In this document: positions 1 to 8,418 of the stretch, piece by piece
Layout: the number at the start of each line of letters is the position of its first letter
Position numbering within the stretch: the first letter of the stretch is position 1
NCBI GenBank assembly: GCA_964472185.1
Contig: CAYYJK010000003.1
Location: forward strand, 1-40,417
Source of the DNA: an uncultured Brevifollis sp.
GTDB taxonomy: Bacteria > Verrucomicrobiota > Verrucomicrobiia > Verrucomicrobiales > Verrucomicrobiaceae
Direction of reading: 5' to 3'
Length of the DNA stretch: 40,417 bases
Made by a program: the position numbers and the translations under genes
Notes under the pieces: generated by a model
What the model was told of the DNA's origin: nothing
Databases searched by the model: none
The model's input: the letters and a program-made list of their open reading frames with translations, nothing else

Positions 1-1460
1 CGGTGGAAGAACTCGTGCTGGACCAGGCAGGTGAGGGCGCCGAACTCCGGCAGGTAGCGGCCGAGGAAGCCGACCCGGTGCATCTGGCGCATGACCCGGG
101 CGACCTCGCCGCGGTGGGCCAGGACGGCCTCGAAGGTCTCGCGCACGCTCTTGTTGTAGCGGAAGCCCGGATTCACCAGCCGGAAGCTCTCCTGCATGAG
201 CTGGAACAGTTCGGGGCTCAGGCGCAGGTGGCGCTGCTGGGTGTGCCGGAACACGCGCATCAGGCGCGCCGGATCGGCCTTGAACAGGCCCGGGTCCTCG
301 GGGAAGAGGCGCTCGCTGCGGGCGATGAAACCGTCGAATTTCTCGGCGCGCTTCTGGGCCGCCTTGCGGCGCACCATGAAGCTGAGCAGGCCGCGGCGCG
401 TGCTTTCGTCCTCAAGCGCCTGCAGGTGGAAGCGGTCCATGACCTCGCTGCTGCGCTGCAGGATGTCGCGCGTGGCGGTGTAGTACTCGCGCATGAAGGC
501 CTCGATGCGGCGCAGGATGCGCTTGTGCCGGTAGCCGAGGTGGCTGGCGACCTGGCCCTGCAGGCGCAGGGTCAGCATGTCGCTGGCGCGCTTCTCGGTG
601 TAGTGCATCTCGTTGCGCACGCGCAGGATGAAGTCGTAGGCCTGCTCGACCTCGCGCCAGCCGGCGGGGCTGATGAGCTTCTTGGCGACCAGGTCGTGCG
701 GATTGAGCGTGCCCAGCTTGGCGTAGGTCATCCAGATCAGGTTCTGGTAGTCGCGCAGCCCGCCGCAGCCGTTCTTGACGTTCGGCTCCTGGACGCAGTG
801 CGTGCCGCCGTACTTGGCGTGCCGGGTCGTCAGGTCCTCCTGGCGCAGGCGCAGGAACTCGGCCTCGCGGCCCTGCATGCACTCCCGGTCAAAGCGGCTG
901 CGGAACTCGCGGATGGCGGTCTCGTCGCCGCACAGGAAACGCGCCTCCATGAGCGCGGTCTTGGTCTCCATGCTCTCGTTGGCGAGCTTGAGGCAGTCGC
1001 CGACGCTGCGCGTGCCGTGGCCGACCTTGAGCTTGAGGTCGTAGAAGTAGAGCAGGAAGTCGCCGATCAGCTTGGCCGTCTCCGGCGCCACGTGCGAGCT
1101 GTTGCCCGGCAGCATGAAGGTGAGGTCGACGTCGCTGCCGGGGCTCATGACGCGGCGGCCGTAGCCGCCGTGGGCGACGACGCTGAGCTTCAGACCGGCG
1201 CGCACGGCGGGGTCAAGCGCCGCCAGGCCCTCCTCCCAGAGCAGACGCACGAGGTAGTCCATGAGGTCGGAGCGCATCCGGCAGATCTCGACCCCGCCGG
1301 TGCCGGCGCGGTGGCGCTGCTTGATGCGCTGCTCCTTGAGGCGCAGGAAGCGCTTGCAGAGCTTGAGGGTCTCCGTCCGGCCGCGCGGCAGCGCGGCGTC
1401 GCGGCCGAAGACCTTGAGGGCGGCCGCCTCGAGCCGGCGCTGGTATTCGCGTTCGGTCAT
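1..1460 (-). CDS. glnD: [protein-PII] uridylyltransferase, N-terminal part (runs off the left edge)
   Basis: Absent from the ORF track because there is no stop in the window. Manual translation from ATG 1460 gives MTEREYQRRLEAAALKVF..., the nucleotidyltransferase motif AHGGYGRRVMSPGSDVDL, then QEPNVKNGCGGLRDY, and ends at LPEFGALTCLVQHEFFH at the edge, just before the HD domain. Confidence 0.95.
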   Translation of the reverse strand, partial: MTEREYQRRLEAAALKVFGRDAALPRGRTETLKLCKRFLRLKEQRIKQRHRAGTGGVEICRMRSDLMDYLVRLLWEEGLAALDPAVRAGLKLSVVAHGGYGRRVMSPGSDVDLTFMLPGNSSHVAPETAKLIGDFLLYFYDLKLKVGHGTRSVGDCLKLANESMETKTALMEARFLCGDETAIREFRSRFDRECMQGREAEFLRLRQEDLTTRHAKYGGTHCVQEPNVKNGCGGLRDYQNLIWMTYAKLGTLNPHDLVAKKLISPAGWREVEQAYDFILRVRNEMHYTEKRASDMLTLRLQGQVASHLGYRHKRILRRIEAFMREYYTATRDILQRSSEVMDRFHLQALEDESTRRGLLSFMVRRKAAQKRAEKFDGFIARSERLFPEDPGLFKADPARLMRVFRHTQQRHLRLSPELFQLMQESFRLVNPGFRYNKSVRETFEAVLAHRGEVARVMRQMHRVGFLGRYLPEFGALTCLVQHEFFH

Positions 1461-1472
1461 GCCCGCCGGAGG

Positions 1473-2006
1473 TCAGTAGGTGAGCAGGGCGTGCACCGGA
1501 CCGGCATCCGCCAGCCGGGACCGGCCGTTGAGGAAGCCCAGCTCGATGAAAAACACCGAACCGAGCAGCTCCGCGCCGGTCTGGCCGATCAGGTGCAGGG
1601 CGGCGGCGGCGGTGCCGCCGGTGGCCAGCAGGTCGTCGGCCAGCACCACCGTCTCGCCCGGCGCCAGGGCGTCGACGTGCATTTCGACGCTGCTGCTGCC
1701 GTACTCGAGGCTGTAGTCGACCGCGCGGGTCTGCCAGGGCAGCTTGCCGCGCTTGCGCACCGGCACGAAGCCGGCGCCCAGGCGCTGGGCGATCAGCGCC
1801 CCGAAGATGAAGCCGCGGGCGTCGATGCCCACCACCTTGTCGACCGCGCGGCCGGCGAACTTGGCGGCCATGCCCTCCACGGCCAGGTCGAGCAGGCGCG
1901 CGTCCGCCAGCACCGGGGTGATGTCCTTGAACAGGATGCCGGGCTGGGGAAAATCGGGGACGTCGCGGACGGCCGCGCGCAGGCGTTCGAGGGACTCGGG
2001 TGACAT
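1473..2006 (-). CDS. apt: adenine phosphoribosyltransferase
   Basis: C-terminal part of ORF 1473..3146, from ATG 2006 (MSPESLERL). Motifs VRDVPDFPQPGILFKDITP, GIDARGF, VRKRGKLP, YSLEYG and the PRPP loop LADDLLATGGT. Confidence 0.97.
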   Translation of the reverse strand: MSPESLERLRAAVRDVPDFPQPGILFKDITPVLADARLLDLAVEGMAAKFAGRAVDKVVGIDARGFIFGALIAQRLGAGFVPVRKRGKLPWQTRAVDYSLEYGSSSVEMHVDALAPGETVVLADDLLATGGTAAAALHLIGQTGAELLGSVFFIELGFLNGRSRLADAGPVHALLTY

Positions 2007-2014
2007 GGCGGGCC

Positions 2015-2042
2015 AGTGTGCTGGAGGGCGCTGCAGATGCAA
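2015..2042 (-). promoter_or_regulatory. candidate sigma70 promoter for apt-glnD (near-leaderless)
   Basis: Minus strand TTGCAT(2042-2037)-N16-CACACT(2020-2015), then 8 nt to the apt ATG. Confidence 0.4.
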
Positions 2043-2070
2043 GGGGGAAGGCGGGCCGCGACCTCCGGCT

Positions 2071-2099
2071 TTGACACCCGGCCGATCTGCCGCCACACT
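2071..2099 (+). promoter_or_regulatory. candidate sigma70 promoter for tgt-yajC-secDF
   Basis: Perfect -35 TTGACA(2071-2076)-N17-CACACT(2094-2099), 24 nt before the tgt ATG. Confidence 0.55.
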
Positions 2100-2123
2100 C
2101 GGCGCCCTTTGCCGCCCGCCCGC

Positions 2124-3263
2124 ATGTTCGAACTTCTCGCCACCGACCCCAGCTCCAGCGCCCGGCGCGGGCGTCTGCAGACGCCGCACGGCGTCGTCGA
2201 GACCCCCATCTTCATGCCGGTCGGCACGCAGGCGACGGTCAAGTCGGTGCATCCGGACGAGCTGCGCGCCCTGCAGGCGCAGATCATTTTGGGCAACACC
2301 TACCACCTGTGGGTGCGGCCCGGCAGCGACCTCATCCGCGAGGCCGGCGGCCTGCACCGGTTCATGAACTGGGACCGGCCGATCCTGACCGACAGCGGCG
2401 GCTTCCAGGTGTTCTCCCTGGCCAAACTGCGCAAGATCAAGGAGGAGGGCTGCTACTTCAACAACCACGTCGACGGCACGCCGATGTTCCTCGGCCCGGA
2501 GACGGCCATGGAGATCCAGGCCGCGCTGGGCAGCGACATCGCCATGCTGTTCGACGAGTGCACGCCCTGGCCGTGCAGCCACGCCGACGCCCGCTCCAGC
2601 CTGGAGCTGACCCTGCGCTGGGCCCGCCGCTGCCGGGACTGGGTCGACCGGCACCAGCCGCAGACCGGCGGCGGTGCGCAGCTGCACTTCGGCATCGTCC
2701 AGGGCAGCACCTACCAGGACCTGCGCGAGCGCTGCGCCCGCGAGCTGGTGGCCATGGACTTCAGCGGCTACGCCATCGGCGGCCTGAGCGTCGGCGAGCC
2801 CGAGGCGGACATGATGCGCATCGCCGAATGGACCTGCCCGCTGCTGCCGGCCGACAAGGCCCGCTACGCCATGGGCCTGGGCACGCCGCCGCAGATGATC
2901 GAACTGATCGCCCGCGGGGTGGACATGTTCGACTGCGTGCTGCCGACCCGGCTGGCGCGCAACGGCACCGCCTTCACCCACGAGGGCACGATGAACCTGC
3001 GGAACCAGAAGTACGCCCGCGACTTCCGGCCGATCGCCGAGGACACCCACCCGCTGTGCCAGGGCTTCTCCCGGGCCTACCTGCGCCACCTGATCAACAC
3101 CCAGGAGGTCCTGGGTTTGCGGTTGATTTCCCTGCACAATCTGCATTTCTACCTGTCGCTCGCGTCCCGGGCACGCTTAGCCATCGAACAGGGTTGCTTC
3201 GCCGAATTCCGGGCGGAGGTCGTCGCACGCTACCAATCCCGTCCCGAAACCACCGAATCATGA
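2124..3263 (+). CDS. tgt: tRNA-guanine(34) transglycosylase, bacterial type
   Basis: Motifs TPIFMPVGT, ILGNTYHL, TDSGGFQVFSL, FDEC, GIVQG, GGLSVGE, GVDMFDCVLPTR. Start ATG 2124. Confidence 0.97.
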   Translation: MFELLATDPSSSARRGRLQTPHGVVETPIFMPVGTQATVKSVHPDELRALQAQIILGNTYHLWVRPGSDLIREAGGLHRFMNWDRPILTDSGGFQVFSLAKLRKIKEEGCYFNNHVDGTPMFLGPETAMEIQAALGSDIAMLFDECTPWPCSHADARSSLELTLRWARRCRDWVDRHQPQTGGGAQLHFGIVQGSTYQDLRERCARELVAMDFSGYAIGGLSVGEPEADMMRIAEWTCPLLPADKARYAMGLGTPPQMIELIARGVDMFDCVLPTRLARNGTAFTHEGTMNLRNQKYARDFRPIAEDTHPLCQGFSRAYLRHLINTQEVLGLRLISLHNLHFYLSLASRARLAIEQGCFAEFRAEVVARYQSRPETTES

Positions 3264-3610
3264 TGTCCCCCACCCTCTCCACGATCCTCGCCCAAGCCCC
3301 GGCCGGAGGCGCCCCGCAAGGCGGCCTGCTCGGCAACCCCATGGTCTTCATGGTGCTGATGTTCGTGATGATGTACTTCCTCATGATCCGCCCGCAGCGC
3401 CAGCGCCAGAAGGCGCACGAGCAGCTCATCGCCGGCGTCAAGGTCGGCGACCACGTCGTTCTCAACGGCGGCGAGCACGGCATCATCACCAGCGTCAAGG
3501 ACCGCACCGTCATGGTCAAGGTCGCCGACAACGTCAAGGTCGAGTACGAGCGCAGCTCGATCGCCTCGGTCAGCAAGAAGTCCGACGTGGTCGACGCCAC
3601 CGCCGCCTGA
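3260..3610 (+). CDS. yajC: preprotein translocase subunit YajC
   Basis: Single TM helix followed by MYFLMIRPQRQRQK and VKVGDHVVLNGGEHG. ATGA overlap with the tgt stop; canonical tgt-yajC-secD order. Confidence 0.95.
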   Translation: MMSPTLSTILAQAPAGGAPQGGLLGNPMVFMVLMFVMMYFLMIRPQRQRQKAHEQLIAGVKVGDHVVLNGGEHGIITSVKDRTVMVKVADNVKVEYERSSIASVSKKSDVVDATAA

Positions 3611-3705
3611 CGGCGATTTCCTGACGGACGCGCGCCCGACCGCCGTTTGTACCTCCCCTTCCCGGCGCCGTCGGCGCCCCCTCCACCCCGTTTCCCCACC
3701 CCGCC

Positions 3706-6102
3706 ATGGCCGCCTTCACCACCTTCCTCGTCGGATCCGCGATCCTGCTGCTCCTGCTGTTCTACATCGGCACGACGCTTCACAACCGCAAACGCTGGAT
3801 CGGCACGGTCCTGACCATGCTGGCCACCGGCTTCGCCCTGCTCACCGTCGAAAACATGGGCATCAAGCTCGGCATCGACCTCAAGGGCGGCAGCGAGTTC
3901 GTCGTCCGCCTCGAGCCGGGCAAGGCCGACGACGGCAGCGTCAAGCAGGTCACGCCCGACGCCGTGCAGCAGGCCATCGGCATCCTGGAGAAGCGCCTCA
4001 ACCCGGAAGGGGCCAAGGACCTGACCATGCAGCCGCAGGGCGACGACCGCATCCTGGTGCAGATGCCCGGGGTGAAGGCCGAGGAGTTCGCCGAGGTGCG
4101 CCAGAAGATCCAGCAGGTGGCCCACCTGGAATTCCGCATCGTTCACGCGCAGAGCGCGTCGAAGCTGGCTGAGATCAAGGCCAACGGCGGCGTCAAGGAG
4201 CCGGGCTGGGAGGAGCTGGCCTACAAGAAGCAGAAGGACGACCAGGGCAACGATCTGCCCGACCGCGGCGGCGAACTGGTGCGCAACCGCGCCGACCTCG
4301 AGGGCAAGTACGTCAAGGAAGCCTTCCCGACCTTCGACGCCGAGGGCTGGAAGGTGGTGCTCAACCTCGACAGCACCGGCGCCAAGCTGTTTGACGAAGT
4401 CGCCGCCGTGAACCGCGGCCGGCAGATGGCCATCATCGTCGACCGGGAGATCATCTCCGCCCCGGTCCTGCAGACCGACCGTTTCGGCGGCACCGCCGTC
4501 ATCAGCGGCAACTTCAAGGAGGCCGAAGCGCGCACGCTGGCCAGCCTGCTGGAAAACCCGCTGGAGAACCCGATGACCATCCTCTCCGAAAGCGCGGTGT
4601 CCGCCTCCTACGGCGAGTCCTCGGTCAGCCAGGGCAAGTGGGTCGGCATCGCCGGCCTGGTCATGACCACCCTGTTCATGCTGTTCATCTACCGCCTGGC
4701 CGGCCTGATCGCCATCGTCGGCCTGGTCATCAACCTGGCCATCCTGTTCGGCGGCATGGCCCTGTTCGGCTTCACCCTGACCATGCCGGGCATCGCCGGC
4801 ATCGTGCTCACCATCGGCATGGCGGTCGACGCCAACGTGCTGATCTACGAACGCCTGCGCGAGGAGCAGGCCGCCGGCAAGTCGCTTGGCGCCGCGCTCG
4901 AGGCCGCCTACGAGAAGGCCTTCTCGGCCATCGCCGACTCCAACATCACGACCCTCATCTCGGCGGTGATCCTGTTCAGCATCGCCGGCGGCCTGGTCAA
5001 GGGCTTCGCCATCACCCTGATGATCGGCCTGCTGTCCTCGATGGTCGGCGCGCTCATCGTCACCCGCGTCATCTTCATGTGGGTCATCGACAAGGGCCTG
5101 CTCACCAAGATCACCACGACCAAGATCATCCCGGACCGCGTCTTCGACATCCTCGCCAAGGCGCGCGGCTTCATCATCGCCTCGCTGGTGGTCACCGCCG
5201 TCTCCTTCGCCACCCTCGCCTACAAGGGCCAAAGCAGCCTGGGCATCGACTTCCGCGGCGGCGCCCTGACCCACGTCGAGCTGAAGCCCGGCAAGAACAT
5301 CAGCGACGCCGACCTCGACCAGCTGCTGCAGAGCCTGAAGCTGCCGGACGGCAAGTCGATCGGCAGCTACTACCCGCAGCGCAAGGGCACCGCCACCGGC
5401 GGCGACGTCATCGCCATCCGCAGCGAGTTCGAAGCCGGGCCGGCCATTGAAACGGCGGTGAAGGCCAAGTTCGCCGACAGCCTGCAGGGCACCCGCGTCG
5501 AACGCGTCGGCGCCGTCATCGGCACCGAATCGGCCCGCATCTCGCTGTACGCCATGGGCATCGCCCTGGCCGGCATCTTCATCTACCTGGTGCTGCGCTT
5601 CGAATTCGCCTTCGCCGCCGGAGCCATCGTCGCCCTCTTCCACGACGTCGCCATGGTCCCCGGCCTGTGCGTGCTGTTTGGCCAGGAGCTGTCGCTGATC
5701 CACGTCGGCGCCATGCTCACCATCGCCGGCTACTCGATCAACGACACCATCGTCGTCTTCGACCGCATCCGCGAAAACATCCAGAAGGGCGTCGGCGGCA
5801 GCACCCGCGACCTGATGAACGACGCCATCTGCAAGACCCTCAGCCGCACCCTGCTCACCGGCCCGACCGCGCTGGCGCCGATGATCATGCTGCTGTTCCT
5901 CGGCAACCCGGCCATGCTCGAGTTCGCCGTGCCGATCACCATCGGCGTGCTGCTCGGCACCTACTCGTCGATCTTCATCGCCTCGCCGCTCGTGCTCTGG
6001 TACGCGAAGAAGACCGGCCAGAGCCTCAAGCGCCAGGTGCTGGAGGCCCACCGCGAGGCCCAGAAGGTGGAGGCGGCCATCGCTTCCGCCAAGGCGTCCT
6101 GA
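3706..6102 (+). CDS. secDF: fused protein translocase subunit SecDF
   Basis: SecD motifs LGIDLKGG, IISAPV, LTMPGIAGIVLTIGMAVDANVLIYER; SecF motifs LGIDFRGG and GYSINDTIVVFDRIRE. Confidence 0.97.
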   Translation: MAAFTTFLVGSAILLLLLFYIGTTLHNRKRWIGTVLTMLATGFALLTVENMGIKLGIDLKGGSEFVVRLEPGKADDGSVKQVTPDAVQQAIGILEKRLNPEGAKDLTMQPQGDDRILVQMPGVKAEEFAEVRQKIQQVAHLEFRIVHAQSASKLAEIKANGGVKEPGWEELAYKKQKDDQGNDLPDRGGELVRNRADLEGKYVKEAFPTFDAEGWKVVLNLDSTGAKLFDEVAAVNRGRQMAIIVDREIISAPVLQTDRFGGTAVISGNFKEAEARTLASLLENPLENPMTILSESAVSASYGESSVSQGKWVGIAGLVMTTLFMLFIYRLAGLIAIVGLVINLAILFGGMALFGFTLTMPGIAGIVLTIGMAVDANVLIYERLREEQAAGKSLGAALEAAYEKAFSAIADSNITTLISAVILFSIAGGLVKGFAITLMIGLLSSMVGALIVTRVIFMWVIDKGLLTKITTTKIIPDRVFDILAKARGFIIASLVVTAVSFATLAYKGQSSLGIDFRGGALTHVELKPGKNISDADLDQLLQSLKLPDGKSIGSYYPQRKGTATGGDVIAIRSEFEAGPAIETAVKAKFADSLQGTRVERVGAVIGTESARISLYAMGIALAGIFIYLVLRFEFAFAAGAIVALFHDVAMVPGLCVLFGQELSLIHVGAMLTIAGYSINDTIVVFDRIRENIQKGVGGSTRDLMNDAICKTLSRTLLTGPTALAPMIMLLFLGNPAMLEFAVPITIGVLLGTYSSIFIASPLVLWYAKKTGQSLKRQVLEAHREAQKVEAAIASAKAS

Positions 6103-6119
6103 CCGGCGCCCGGTTTGCC

Positions 6120-6155
6120 ACCCCTCCCCGGCCCCGAGCCGCGGAGGGGTTTTTT
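6120..6155 (+). terminator. rho-independent terminator after secDF
   Basis: Stem ACCCCTCC-C-CGGC / GCCG-C-GGAGGGGT followed by a T run, between convergent genes. Confidence 0.8.
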
Positions 6156-6159
6156 GTGG

Positions 6160-8367
6160 TCAGGCTGCGGCGCGGTCGAGCAGCTCACGCACCAGCCGCT
6201 GCAGGTCGGCGGGTTCGTAGGGCTTGGGCAGCACCGCCGCAAAGCCGTAGTCGCCGGGACGGGCCATCACCGGGTCGTCCGAGTAGCCGCTCGACACCAT
6301 GGCCAGAACCTGCGGGTCCAGCCGGCGCAGCTGCTCCATGGCCTGGGCCCCGCCCATGCCGTCCGGAATCGACAGGTCGAGAATGACCAGGGCGAAGGGC
6401 CGGCCCGCCGCCAGCGCCTCCTGGTACAGGCGCACGGTCTCGCCGCCCTCGACGCTCTCGACCACCTCGCAGCCCGCGCGCGCCAGATGCCGCACCAGCA
6501 GGCTGCGCACCAGCGGATCATCCTCCAAAACCAGGACGCGCGGCAGTTCCGCGGCCGGTTTCGGCGGCCTTGGAGCGGAGGCCTGGGGGGCCGCCGCCAC
6601 CGGTGCGGAGGGCAACCACAGGCGCGCGCACACGCCCCGGCCGCTCCGATTGTCCACCTGGAGGCGGCCGCCGTGCGCACGGGCGATGAAGTCGCAGACC
6701 GTCAGGCCGAGACCGGTGGCGTTCGCGGCTTGGCGGGTGCTGAAATAGGGCTCGAACAGCCGCGGCAGGAGCTCCGGCGGAATGCCCTCGCCCTCATCCT
6801 CAACCTCGATCACCACCCCCGGCACGGCGTCCGCCGCCGGATCGGGCGCGAAGGCGCGCACGCGCACCAGGCCGCCGCCCGGCTGCGCCTGCTCGGCGTT
6901 GCGCACGAGATTGCCCAGCAGGCGGCGCAACTGCGCCGGGTCCGCCGCCAGCGCCGGCAGATCGGGCGCCGTTTCAATCTCGTAGCGGATGCCGGGCACC
7001 CGGCCATGCTCGCGGAACAGCTGGCCGATGATGTCCCCGGGCTGGACCGTGCGCTTGATCGGCAGCCCGCCCCGGGCGAAGGTCAGCAGCTGCTGCACCA
7101 GGCTCTGCGCCTGCCGGGTGGCCTGATGCGCCGCCTGCAGTTCCGGCGGCACGGCGGCCGGCCCCAGCCTGAGCTCGGCCATCGAGAGATTGCCCAGCAG
7201 GACGGTCAGCAGGTTGTTGAAATCGTGGGCAAACCCGCGCGCCAGCAGGCCCAGCGACTCCAGGCGGTCGGCGCGATGGCGCTGCTCGGCTTCGTCGGAG
7301 CGGGCCGACACGTCCAGCAGCAGCACCAGCAGGCCTTCGGCCAGCGGACTCGCCCGCAGCTGCAGCCGGCGCTCGCCCCAGGCCACCTCGCAGGCGGCCG
7401 GCTGCCGGTGCAGCAGGGCATGCGCCAGCGCTTCCCGCTGCGGTGCTGCCGCCGCCGGCAGCAGGTCCCACAGAGCGCGCCCCTCGGGAGGCGAGGCCGC
7501 GAACCAGCGCTGCGCCGCCGCATTGGCGTAAGTCACCCGGCCACGGCCATCGGTCCAGAGCAGCGGTTCCGCAAGACTGTCCGGCAAGTCGGCCCAAGGC
7601 ATCCGGGGCGGCTGAGCCACCGGTGCCTCCGGGGGGCCGCTGCCAGCGCCGTCATGGAGGTGCACGCCGATCACCAGGCCAGCCAGCCGGCCCTGCGCGT
7701 CCAGCCAGGGCGCCGCCCGGTCCTGCACCTCCACCCGCCGGCCGGAATGGGTGGTCAGCCAGACCCGGCGCGGCGGCGCCGCCAGCCGCACCTCCAACGC
7801 CGCCGGCGCGCCGGAAGCCTGGTAGAGGCGAAACACTTCGTGGAGCGATCGGCCCGCCGCGCCGTCCTGCGTCCAGCCGGTGATGCGTTCGGCCGCCGGA
7901 TTCAGGCAGATGATCAGACCGGCCAGATCCGCGACGATGACGCCCTCGCTGAGACTGCGCAGAACCGTTTCGCTGCGGGCGTCGCGTTGACGCATGGCGC
8001 GTTCCCAGCGGTGTCGGGCCACCGCCAGCTCCACCGCCAGCCGCAGTTCCTCCGGCGACAGCGACGGGAACAGGCCACCCAGCGGCCGCACCGCCTCCGG
8101 CAGATCCTGAACCTGCAGGTCCGCCGGATGGGCCGATTGCAGCAGCACCGCCACATCCTGCAGGCAGACCGGCCAGGCGTGGGCCGAAGCGGCGAGGCGG
8201 GCATCCAGGCAGACCAGCTCCGGCGGGCTGCGCCCGGCTTGGACCGCCGCTTCGGCGAGCGTCGGGCAGACTGCATCGACGGCATGGCCGAGGGCCAGCA
8301 GCGCAGGCGCCAGCCAGCCGCCGTCCGGTTCGACGATGAGGATGCGCAGACAATCGGAGTCAGCCAT
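6160..8367 (-). CDS. hybrid sensor histidine kinase (degenerate REC - PAS - PAS - HisKA - HATPase - REC)
   Basis: H-box FAHDFNNLL, N-box NLVRNA, G1 EDEGEG, F-box FEPYFST, G2 TGLGL. The C-terminal REC is intact (VLEDD, LVILDL, SSGY, LPKPY). PAS signature NPAAERITGW. Confidence 0.9.
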   Translation of the reverse strand: MADSDCLRILIVEPDGGWLAPALLALGHAVDAVCPTLAEAAVQAGRSPPELVCLDARLAASAHAWPVCLQDVAVLLQSAHPADLQVQDLPEAVRPLGGLFPSLSPEELRLAVELAVARHRWERAMRQRDARSETVLRSLSEGVIVADLAGLIICLNPAAERITGWTQDGAAGRSLHEVFRLYQASGAPAALEVRLAAPPRRVWLTTHSGRRVEVQDRAAPWLDAQGRLAGLVIGVHLHDGAGSGPPEAPVAQPPRMPWADLPDSLAEPLLWTDGRGRVTYANAAAQRWFAASPPEGRALWDLLPAAAAPQREALAHALLHRQPAACEVAWGERRLQLRASPLAEGLLVLLLDVSARSDEAEQRHRADRLESLGLLARGFAHDFNNLLTVLLGNLSMAELRLGPAAVPPELQAAHQATRQAQSLVQQLLTFARGGLPIKRTVQPGDIIGQLFREHGRVPGIRYEIETAPDLPALAADPAQLRRLLGNLVRNAEQAQPGGGLVRVRAFAPDPAADAVPGVVIEVEDEGEGIPPELLPRLFEPYFSTRQAANATGLGLTVCDFIARAHGGRLQVDNRSGRGVCARLWLPSAPVAAAPQASAPRPPKPAAELPRVLVLEDDPLVRSLLVRHLARAGCEVVESVEGGETVRLYQEALAAGRPFALVILDLSIPDGMGGAQAMEQLRRLDPQVLAMVSSGYSDDPVMARPGDYGFAAVLPKPYEPADLQRLVRELLDRAAA

Positions 8368-8390
8368 GCAGAACGGCGGTAAGCACGCCG

Positions 8391-8418
8391 ATTATGGCTT
8401 ATTCCATAATTTATGGAA
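8391..8418. promoter_or_regulatory. AT-rich inverted repeats, operator-like
   Basis: Perfect TTCCATAA-T-TTATGGAA (8402-8418) plus overlapping ATTATGG-N6-CCATAAT (8391-8410), just upstream of the hybrid kinase start. Confidence 0.45.

Noticed and set aside
3-2003. 666-aa plus-strand ORF
   Set aside because: Antisense shadow of glnD and apt. It has no recognisable motifs, and long stop-free antisense frames are expected with high-GC codon bias.
2309-3259. Long upstream extension of the yajC frame
   Set aside because: Off-frame overlap with tgt; YajC similarity starts only at ATG 3260.
3664-3678. GGCGCCG-T-CGGCGCC palindrome between yajC and secDF
   Set aside because: All-GC and short, so expected by chance at this GC content; the loop is too small and there is no U-tract.
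3094-6051. 985-aa minus-strand ORF
   Set aside because: Antisense shadow of yajC/secDF.
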